From Eledone cirrhosa (lineage: Eukaryota): a stretch of DNA of 64,000 nucleotides. The stretch covers positions 119,908,001 to 119,972,000 of the forward strand of contig OZ024745.1 of NCBI GenBank assembly GCA_964016885.1, given 5' to 3'. Position numbers and translations under genes: made by a program. Below, one piece after another: positions 50,883 through 64,000 of the stretch. The notes under the pieces were generated by a model. It was not told where the DNA came from and did no database searches. It worked only from the letters and a program-made list of their open reading frames with translations. Each line of letters begins with the position of its first letter. Positions within the stretch are counted from its first letter, which is position 1.

Positions 50883-53425
50883 AGGATACTGGAAGCTGAA
50901 CTTGAGGGCACGTAAAGCTTACAGTGAACGGATAAGTAAACTAGTCAAGCAACAGTTAACGGGAGCCATCGTCAACAATAAATGGTGGTACTCTCTCAAG
51001 AAAGCAATTAGAATAGAATCGATATGGTTTAGCAGAGAGTTAGCCTTAGAGAAAAACAAAATAGAAAGAGAACTAGTAGCCGAGTTCGGCGAAAGACCGA
51101 TCACGGACACTGAGATACGGGACGCTCTGGGTCGCTGCGAGAAACGCAAGTCAAGAGGGTCTACCCTATGAGTTTTACATAGGCATGTCGGACTTGTTCT
51201 CCGGCTTCCTCGAAGTCGTCTACTGCAATTGGCAGCACAACGGGAGAATTCCCAGTTATGCAGGCAAGGGCGTAGTAACGCTGATCAGGAAAGACGAGAA
51301 TAAGGGGGACGAAATTAACCACTTCAGGCCCATAATTCTGCTCAACACAGAGCTAAAGATTTTGGCTAAGGTGCTAGCGACGAGGTTGGCGCTTGTCGCC
51401 GAGAACCTGGTAGGGAAAGCGCAAACGTGTGCAATCCCAACCAGGTCCATACACGACAACCTCCACATCATGCGAAACCCGGCTTACGTGGGGCTCTGAT
51501 CAATTTGGATCAGTCTAAGGCATTCGATAGGGTCGACCATCGATACTTGGAAGCGGTTCTTCAGGTTTCGGTCCCGTTGTCAGAGGCTGGATCGAGGCGT
51601 TGCACACCAGCATCTGTTCGAGGGTCAAGGTGAACGGCTACTTATCGGGACCGTTCGCAATCACGCTTTCCATTCGACAGGAGTGCCTTCTCTTCTCCAT
51701 TCTGTATGTATTGACTCTAGAGCCACTACTGCAGAAATTGGAGCTGTTGCAGGGCTCCCTCTAGAACCGGGACTGCGCAAAGCGGCGTCGGCTTGTGCCG
51801 ACGGCGTGACGGTAATGGTGTTGAGCACCTCGGAAATCGGGGTGATCGGCAACTTACTGAAAGAATACGAAACGCTGACGGGCGCAAAACTAAACCCGGA
51901 TAAGTCTGTCGGTTTTCAACTCAGTACATGGAGAGGCAAACCGATGACGTCCGAGAGCGTCGTTGGACGCTGGACGGACGGACCGGTGAAATTGCTCGGG
52001 GTCTGGGTCGGTCCAGACCCCCAGGTGGAGAAAAACTGGAACGACGTCACGGCCAAGGTGTTAGCACTCACCCAGACGTGGGCAGAGTGCAAACTGTCCT
52101 TGAAAGGTCGAGCGGAGGTAGCGAACACTTTCATAGCGTTCGTCATCTACTACCGCTTGACTGTCGTGCCTTGTCCCCGTGAACACCTCGCCAAGATGGA
52201 ACGCATGCTCTTCCAGTTTCTGTGGAAGAAGCCGGCTCTGCTGGTGAGGAGATCCGTCTGCTGTCAACACCCTTCCAACGGAGGGCTGGGAATGCCGTGG
52301 CTGATGATGCGCAAACATGCGCTGAGGCTGCGGCATCTCCAGGTATTCCTCACCGACCCCAACCGGTGTAGGCACCGTTGGTGAGACAGGCTTTCCCACA
52401 GCTCGTCTCGCTGACGGACCTGCAGTCCTGGGTCAAGAAAAGACCGAAAACTATGGGCGCTTGACACATTGAATGCGCTCAGGCGCTCACAGTCCTCCGT
52501 CAAGCGGGCGCAGCAATCAGTGGCGACTCCACTTCGACATTCTATAGAGGGATTGTACGTTACAAGGGCGACGACGTGCTCGGAGAGACTCTGGGCGTCG
52601 AAGACGATGAGCTTACCAGTCTGTTTGGTAGGACTTTCCGCTCGGGACCTATGGACAACTTCCAGAGGTCCCTGGCCTGGCAGTGCTACCGAGGAGCTCT
52701 ACCGGTTCGTGACAGGATCTACAGGCACGGATGCCCCGGCAGGGATCCTTCCAAGAGGACGTGTCCAAGATGCGCGCAGGACATTGAAACAGTCCTGCAC
52801 GCAATTGTACATTGCCCGGGCGTAACCGACCTGTGGAACTATGCAGAACAACTGCTGTCGCGTATTAGACAAATCCAGTTGACTGCCGAGGCCATGGTGA
52901 GGATCAAACCGCCAGCCTCTTTCAAAAACGAAAGAGAGGCGGTTTTCCTCTGTACGGTGGCTATGGTGAAAGAAGTTATATGGTGGACGAGGTTGAGAGG
53001 ACTGAGGACAGATGCCTTTCTCTCCGGACAACAATTTATTCCCTTCTTTAAGTATCACTTTAGAAGGAGAATCAGAGCGGAGAGAGAGGCACTGGACCCC
53101 AGTAAATTTACTGAAAGGTGGGTGAATGAAGCGAAAATGACCCGAGTGATTGGGCCTTCTCTGTTTATAAGCCTGTAGGTTAAAGAAGAGAGCAAAAGGA
53201 AGAAAGGAGCACTTGAACAACACGCTCCTGGAGTTGAGGGTTGTTCTATCGACGGGGTATTCAACAACCCATTTGTGGCCCTTCCCCCCTATCGGGGATG
53301 TCGATTGTTGTAATTGTTAGTTTTTTTATTTTTTACACGGCTGTATGTAAATTCCCTGGCATGTCATTGTATTGTCCCCTTTTCTTGTGCGCCCTTGTGG
53401 CAAATAAAGAAATATATTTATCTAT
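50883..53425 (+). mobile_element. Tx1/L1-clade LINE ORF2 (5'-truncated, decayed) with 3' UTR
   Basis: GYWKLN, FRPI.LLNTELKILAKVLA.RL, LDQSKAFDRVDH, LSLKGRA.VAN, GGLGMP, C-terminal CPRC..ETVLHA..C zinc knuckle; ends GCAAATAAAGAAAT. Confidence 0.9.
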
Positions 53426-54177
53426 CTACCTAAGTATCTAGCAGGCTATCTAGCTAACTCTTTGTTACATTCCCATTATACAAACGCTTTTAACAAATTT
53501 GACATCCCTTGTATGAGGAGGAGTTCATTAATTTCAACGGGTATTATTAATAAACACTTGAAATTAATTTATAATTACAATTCTCACTAGGCTTTGACTA
53601 ACTGAAATATCTTTTGCATTACAATTATAAAACATTACTGCGTCAAATTGATTTGATTCACCTCAAGTGAAGACTCGATGCGCTGTCGTAAAAAAATACT
53701 AATAATTATTTTGTTTTATTATCACACACACTCTAGAAATAAATTTACTACTCATAAATTGAGTCCTATTAATGGAAAAATACCAAAATTACCATAAAAA
53801 ATTTACAAGAGTTATAGAAATATAGAAACATAAAGTACGTGAAATAATTTAGAACTATTGACTATAACTGAGTAAAATATTTTCAAACGTGATAAAAATC
53901 ACCAAGTTCATTTTGGTCATTGATATAAGAGAATTTCTAGGGCAAATATGATGGAATGATTCTGAAATTATAAATTTGTCTCATACAGTCGTACCGAAAT
54001 TTCAGATATAATTGAATATATTCAAATAACTGTTGACACGCCTATGAAACATATCTAATAAAGAATATTCCTAGTACACAAATGCACACGGACGCACACA
54101 GGCACACACGCACACGCACACATGCTCACACATGCTCACATGCTCACACAGACACACAGACTCACGCATATATATAT

Positions 54178-54526
54178 ACTAGCTGACGTACCCAGCTTCG
54201 CCCGGGTAAACAGATGATAAGAGAAGAGAGGTAAAAGAGAAAATGACTGTATTGGATGTTTGTCTGGTTACAGTATGAGGCGAGTCCGTGGTGTCTGTGT
54301 GATACAAAAAACAGTAAAAAAAAATCTTCCAGATATATCAGATTCTTCATTGTACCGTTTGTGCTTAGTATATGAACAATTCTAGGTGCTCCCACCTAGA
54401 ATAGTGACCTCTAGGAGATGGTTCATCTTCTGCCTGACTGTAAATCGTGTATCATTGCATAGACGTGGTTGTTCCACGTTTCTCAAAAGGATGATGGAAG
54501 TTCCAATCTTTTATATTATATGTAGA
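54178..54526 (-). mobile_element. Short non-autonomous Helitron
   Basis: Minus strand starts TC(TACATATAATATAAAAG); ends with a GC hairpin (CCCGGGCGAAGCTGGG) followed by CTAGT. Confidence 0.7.
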
Positions 54527-55139
54527 TATAGATATAGATAATTAATATAAAAGATGTCAGTCAATGAAAAAAAAAGTTCCCTATTTATTCCCTTCACAAC
54601 TCTGTATATGTTAGACTGACAGACAGGCACACAGACAGATAAACTGTGTGGCCAATTTCTGCTTGACCGGCAACCGCTCTGTATAATCATTTCTTAATTA
54701 TTACTAGAATTCTATAAGAATCAAACATTCATGATTTTCAGCAAACAGGAGGAGTAGTTAGCTTTGATAGGCACCAAATAGTGCGAAACAGAGCTCTGTC
54801 AGCTTTATCTCCCCTGGTTGCTGAAAATTAAAGTAAGTGAGACTGTCACTATTCTAAAACAATAGCGTAAGGTCTACGAAATGCTTTTAATTAAGCATAC
54901 ACTGTATTGCAAAATACACTATATACACATTCATATATATATATCGCTATTTCAGAGCACCAATTCTAATTTATAATATTATAAAATTAAATCAAATTGT
55001 TTAGAACTACAAGTGAAGTCATTTTCTTCCTTTTTTTCAAATATATCTAACTCTATCAAGGATCTCACACACTTTCCAATATATATATACATACATAATG
55101 TTGAGATAGAGCGCCCGTGATGTTTGCGCTCTATCTATC

Positions 55140-55280
55140 ACGGGTGCCATGCTGTCCAGCATAGTTACGTCCCTTTACGATCTGAGTTCAAATCCCGCCG
55201 AGGTTGACTTTGCCTTTCATCCTTACGGGGTCGATAAAATAAAGTACAATGGTAATGCACTGGGTAATTGCTGGCCTTGT
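55140..55280 (+). mobile_element. SINE family A
   Basis: B box GAGTTCAAATC, core and tail. Confidence 0.88.
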
Positions 55281-55495
55281 GCCTAAAGTAGAAACAATTA
55301 ATTTATTTACAAAGTGGATATTTCTGCATTTAATATACCAGTTTCAGCATTATATGCATTGTCAATTGCGAATATTTATAATATATACAAATAATAGTAG
55401 TAATAATAATAATAATAAAAATGGGAAGAAAAATTAATTTCCACATACATGTTGAGAGAGGAGAAATCATTTCTATAACGTGTCTGTCCTTCTTT

Positions 55496-55756
<261 letters not shown>

Positions 55757-56143
55757 AATATATATATTATATGCATATGTTTATCTACATGTAGTACCAA
55801 TAAGGTGCCCAATTGTTTGCGTAACCATTAAGTAATAACGGTCCAATACCTCTGAAATGTGCATTACAGATGTTATATGAAAGATTATAATAAATTGATA
55901 AATGGAAATATGTAAATGTCTTTTTTTTTAATGACGTAATATATACACGTATATAGAGTCAGTGGAAATATATATATTTAAACATAAGCATATATAGATA
56001 TATGAGTGTAGCCTGTCTTCAACGATGTGTCTAATTGAATGAATTTAAATAAATGACCATTAATCAGAGCTATATAAAATTATAAGTTTTTTTTAATTTA
56101 TTACTGTCGAATTTGACTGGAAAAAATATGTTCTAACTGAGGG

Positions 56144-56233
56144 AGTCCCGTGATAAGCTTGATGCCTCATGGATAATGCAGCAATATTACACATTTCCAA
56201 ATAGCACAAACGAAACTGTCGACAGTCGGGGCT
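56144..56233 (+). ncRNA. Type I hammerhead-like RNA, variant core GTGATAA, extended helix II
   Basis: AGTCCC-GTGATAA-GCTTGATGC...GCACAAAC-GAAAC-TGTCGACA-GTC-GGGGCT. Confidence 0.68.
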
Positions 56234-56509
56234 AGAGGAATATCGGTAAAAACTTATCTATTATTTCTTCAAACTTACATTTTAAACTTAGCTCCGTTTA
56301 ATTGATTATTTATTTATTTAATTTCTCCGGACTAAGAAGATAAAATTAATTAAGTTTTATCTGTCTGTTCTTCAAACTTATATATATATTTACATTATTC
56401 GTAACTCCGAAGCCGAGAATCATTTGGTTTTCTAGATAGAATATTAGTCTACGACTATATTCATACCATAACGTGGTTTTGTCTTTGCGTGTATTTGTTC
56501 TCAACGCTC

Positions 56510-56720
56510 CACATAACGACGTATTATCTTTGCTTTTTCCTTTCATTGCCAGGGAACGTCTTCACGAACCAAAGTATCGTCTTCCTGGTTTCCTTCGGTT
56601 GCAACGTTTTTGGAAATATTTACTTTTGCGGTCACAGATTTATATTTTTAGTTACAGAAGATCCCGTTAAGGGTGAAAGCAGCGATTATTTGCTTAAACT
56701 TTAATCTGTTATTTTAATAT
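56510..56720 (+). repeat. Second copy of the 36245-36460 repeat
   Basis: Reverse-complement match; abuts (TA)n. Confidence 0.85.
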
Positions 56721-57081
56721 ATATATACATATATATATATATACACATATAATTCCAACCGTGACCATCCCCGCTGAAAGTCTTCGTGAAATAGTCTTTT
56801 CAAGACTATACAGAGCATTTGTAGTTTTTCCAAATTGAAGGATGAGTATTTTAAACTTTATTTTATCATGAGTTAAGGCTCTATTGATTTTTCCCTGGAT
56901 TTCACTAAATTCTGTTGGATGAATCTATATTCTGATTCTTTTTGAATTGAGTTTGAATTATTTTTCCCACATCTTACGTTAACTATTTTCCCATTTTGAC
57001 GCTATAGTCACTTATATATTATGGAATACTGTTGGCTTCTTGCTACAATAATTTCTATACTTTTCATTTATATATATATAA

Positions 57082-57190
57082 TATAACAAAGGAATTGTGG
57101 TAAGGAACCAGATGGACCATAACACACCAGAGTACTCAATACTTAGGGTAGAAGAGTGGAAAATAGGAAAAAGTATGACCCCCGTCGGGG
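57082..57190. repeat. Second copy of the 32985-33082 element, between (TA)n tracts
   Basis: TGTGGTAAGGAACCAG.TGGACCATAAC.CACCA.AGTACTCAATACTTAGGGTAG. Confidence 0.85.
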
Positions 57191-57269
57191 TATATATATA
57201 TATATATATATATATATTCTCATGGCTTAAAAGTAGAAAATTCGTCTTCGCACCATGTATATAAGTATC

Positions 57270-57512
57270 TTGAATAATCACCGAAAGAATACGATCGCAA
57301 TTGCAAGCGGACGAAATGGGCTTCCTGCAAAGGTTCTTTGTAGAAACGTTACTCGATAGTCATACCAGGTAGAACCGCTATATCTCCGAATTGAGAGATC
57401 ACAGCACAGTTACTATGACCATGGGGTTAGAGTGTCTCAGGAAAGAATCACTGGACAGAATTTACGGGCAAAACCAACCAGCAGGAGACCTAGGGTTAGA
57501 ACACGAGCTTCT
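57270..57512 (+). mobile_element. Decayed RTE-type LINE fragment
   Basis: ERIRSQLQADEMGFLQR and SQERI...AKPTSRRPR.R resemble RTE C-terminal motifs. Confidence 0.6.
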
Positions 57513-57523
57513 ACTTCACTGTT

Positions 57524-57591
<68 letters not shown>

Positions 57592-57871
57592 GCACACACC
57601 CATGTATATACATGTATATATGTGTGAGTGTGTGTGTGTTTGTTTGTTATGTTCTACCTCCATCATTTCTGACGAAACGTGCACTAGTTGATTCGATCAA
57701 CAGAAATAAATTATGTCCAGCTAACTATACTTCACGTGCCTTTACACACACACACACATACACAGACACGCACACACATACAGACACACATACACACATA
57801 CGCACACATACACATATACCCGTACAATATACGCCCTATATATCTCACATACGCCCTATATATCTCACGTT

Positions 57872-58043
57872 TATAATTGTTTCTACTTTTGGCACAAGGC
57901 CAGCAAATTACCCAGTGTATTACTGGTACTTTATTTTATCGACCCCGTAAGGAAGAAAGGCAAAGTTAACCTTGGCGGCATTTGAACTCAGAATGACAAG
58001 GGCCGTAACTCTATGCGTCAAAGCATGGCGTCCGAGCCAATCC
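57872..58043 (-). mobile_element. SINE family A
   Basis: Reverse complement of head, core and tail. Confidence 0.88.
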
Positions 58044-59130
58044 ACATTATCATTGTAACCTCAAAATCGAATTTTAAATCTGTTATTTACTACTGCTATG
58101 TAACACACACACACACACACTCTCTCTCTTTCTCTCTCCCCCTCTCTCTCTCTATTCCTCTCCCTGGCTTTGTCTGTCTATCTCTATTCCTCCCTTTATA
58201 TCCATCTATCTTTTTCTCCTTCTCTCTCAGTTCTCCTTACTGCTCTCCCCACCAATTCCATTCAAGCCTTTCTTTGCGATTTCAATGATGACCTGGTCAG
58301 TTCACTCTCACCATATACGTTGCCTATTACCATTAGTTCTCGGGCGATCACTCGAACTGCTTTAGCGGAACTGTCCGTGGGGCGCAGCTCCTTTACAGCC
58401 GCGCCCTAAGCACACGACCCAATCATCGTCCCACTCCCCTCCCCATTATTCTGTGACGATAGAGGCCTTGCCATTCCCTCTCATTCCCGTTTTTTAAAAA
58501 CATTTCCTATTTTTCTTTATATTTTCCTATTTTAAATTCCATTCTTCTCAATCTAAATTTTCTTTCTTTGCTTCTTCTATTAATCTGTATTTACATGATA
58601 TGTTCCATAAATAACATTTTACCCTTCATTCCTTCATTTCTATTACGGTTATCTATGGACATTTATGTTCCATTCAATGGTAGCAACTCTCCTGCTCCAT
58701 ATCACTGTGTAGATATATCATCTTACTTTTTTGGTCCATCGTTCGATGTCTTCTCATCCAGAATAGCTATCTTTGGGTACTATTGAAGCAACAGTACAGA
58801 CTGAATAATCTTGGTTTTAGAAGTATCCGAAACTATAATGATCCCCAGATGAGGGCTGATGAACTGGTAATGGCCAAGTGCTTGTCTCTTCCGAGTTTTC
58901 TCTTTCCTATATTTTTCTTACGTGGACATATATATATATATACATATATATATAAGTAAAAAACAAAAAAAAAACAATAACGAAGAGTGCAGTAGGAACA
59001 GTGTTGGTATTCGATTCACGCTTGGTAATGTGGTGGTTATATAAGGTGCTGTTCACTTTCTAATTAAATAGCTCTATTCTATACATAGAGCACTCTTTTT
59101 TCCTCTGTTTTTTCTTCGGATTACCTAATG

Positions 59131-59180
<50 letters not shown>

Positions 59181-59218
59181 CGTGTGTGTATGTGAGTGTG
59201 TGTGTATATATATATATA

Positions 59219-59414
59219 TTGGTTTCTTATATAGGCACAAGGCCAGCAATTTTGGGGGAGGGGAAAGTCGATTAAATCGACCCCAGTGCGTGACTGGTAC
59301 TTTATTTTATCGATCCCGTAAGGATGAAAGGCAAAGTTAGCCTCGGCGGGATTTGAACTCAGATTATAGAGGGCCGTAAATCTATGCTGCAAAGCATGGC
59401 ATCCGACCCTCTAC
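59219..59414 (-). mobile_element. SINE family A, full length
   Basis: Reverse complement of head, core and tail. Confidence 0.88.
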
Positions 59415-59436
59415 CGATGCTGCCAATCCACTGCCC

Positions 59437-62093
<2,657 letters not shown>

Positions 62094-62131
62094 CTGTTTC
62101 GACACACGATTTCATATAAAAAACCTCGCAA

Positions 62132-62187
<56 letters not shown>

Positions 62188-62339
62188 ATTATTTTTTTAA
62201 TATTTTATCTTGACTCTGTATTCCGTTTATCTTTCACCGAAAGTGATTTTTGAATGCATCTCTTCTTTCCATGATATCCGGATTACATTGAGTTCTTCAT
62301 ACGGATTGGACACTACCGTAAACTTTTGGTAGATTTATC

Positions 62340-62393
<54 letters not shown>

Positions 62394-63534
62394 TACGTAT
62401 AATTACACCAGACAAATTAATATTGATTTGGCGTGTATTGTCACAATTTCTGAGTTCAGGATTGAAATATATTCAAAGTTATCTACGTAATTTACACGAT
62501 TTTGCAATTTAAAAGCAGCCTTCTGCTACACTTTGATTGACTGGGGCTTGTACGTCTGTTTCTTCCTGTTCCGGTTTATGATACACTGGTAGAATGCAGA
62601 CAGTATTAGGCTTCTTATTGCAACTGCTTGCTTAAGAGGGAAGTGCATATGAATCATGTGAATTTTCAGTTAATTATTTGAAAGCCAGTGTCGAATGATA
62701 ATAGACTAGCTTATATAAAGAGCTAAAATAAGAAATTACTTTTGTATATCTTGAGCAGAATTAAGTACGTTGGTTATTCATTATATTGTTTTAGTGCTAA
62801 TCTTTTCCATCACACGATTCTCATTGTGTTCCTTCGCAGAACCTTAATAGTAAAAATAAGTTATAAAAGAATATAATACATCTCGAGTCGTATATTTTAA
62901 ATATATCAGCAGGACTTTCTTTGGCGAAAAGTGGCTACATGGTTCGTTGTATCAATGAATTAAGGATTTCGTGTAATAGAAACCAATAGATACCAGTGCA
63001 GGTAAAACTTCTAATTGTCGACAGAAAAGCTCATTCCTCGTATGCCAACATTATGATTATGTATGTGCTTGGGGAATGGTGATCTTCATAATAATCTATA
63101 GCTAATACAGAGTAACAACTATTACAGTCAGTGAGTTGTTTAAGAACGCAACAACATACAAGCTCAGAATGCGAATTTCATTAATCTTGCTGTAGCTTTA
63201 AAAATAATTCAAAATATTTAGAAAATAAGATAAAATTATATACAATAAAGAAAGGCAAAAAGGTCATATTTTGATGTCAATCTTGAATATAAAATCCTTC
63301 TATGTATTTGTTGCGAACATATGTGATTTCCTGATTATCATTTTAGTAACCGTAATAATAGAATTATTGGAATAATTATGTCCAATGATAGAAACATATT
63401 TGGTCAAATAGTTACATTTTTTAATATATAAATCTTTTAGTCTGAGTCAATATTAGAGCGAACAATATATGTAACAGGTTTTGCCTCCTTAGTTGAATCT
63501 AGATCGATCTTCAATCCTCAGCTGAAGGGATGCC

Positions 63535-64000
63535 GGTTTGTCATCTTTCACTTCAGCTGAATGCTTACTGACTTGTGGAGTTATCTCGAACAGCAGTTGT
63601 CGCGTGTAGAATGGATCCGACTATCGGCCAAGTCCATAGTGAAAATTGACCCGCCGCCTTCTTTTGCCAAGGAAGGACAGGCAATTTTCCTCTGCCTTGT
63701 GGCAATAGCAAAAGAGGTTGTCTGGCGGACTAGGTTGAAAGGACTGAAAACAGACACTTTTCATCAACTTTTAAAATTTCACTTAGAAAGGAAAGTGAAG
63801 GTGAGTCCTGTCCCCCAGTACATTTGCTAAAGGGTGTCTAAATGTGGCGAACATCACCCGTGTCAATGAGTCTTCTCAGAGAATGCAGCTCTAGGTTGGT
63901 TAATTTGAGGAGGAGAGGGGTGCCCTCGAAGTGGAGTACCTGAGTTGACTCTGGGTGGTTATTGGGGAGCTTTCATCGTTGTATTTTTCTTATTTTGGTA
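63535..64000 (+). mobile_element. Tx1/L1-type LINE 3' fragment, paralogue of 52800-53300
   Basis: DLWSYLEQ.LSR...PPPSF.KE..AIFLCLVA.AKEVVW.TRLKGL.TD. Confidence 0.85.

Noticed and set aside
62190-62340. TA-bounded segment with an ATCCG/CGGAT stem, possible hammerhead relic
   Set aside because: Neither core half is recognisable

Overview
AT-rich, repeat-saturated eukaryotic DNA with no confidently identifiable host gene. The SINE, LINE and microsatellite make-up suggests a cephalopod (octopus-like) intergenic or intronic region; this is an inference. It contains: two tRNA-derived SINE families (about 18 copies or fragments); LINEs of the RTE, R4/Dong, CR1 and Tx1/L1 types; two Penelope-like elements, one with an uninterrupted RT+GIY-YIG frame; a hAT derivative nested in a Helitron; a short non-autonomous Helitron; several foldback palindromes; and many (TA)n/(CA)n tracts, which explain most of the spurious ORFs. 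The most notable signal is about 15 type-I hammerhead ribozyme motifs (roughly 9 well formed, the rest decayed). Most sit in short, mutually dissimilar, non-coding elements next to (TA)n tracts. Some show terminal redundancy or inverted tails, long helix II insertions, palindromic helix III loops and core variants (U3-A8). All structures were paired by eye, so coordinates may be off by a few bases.
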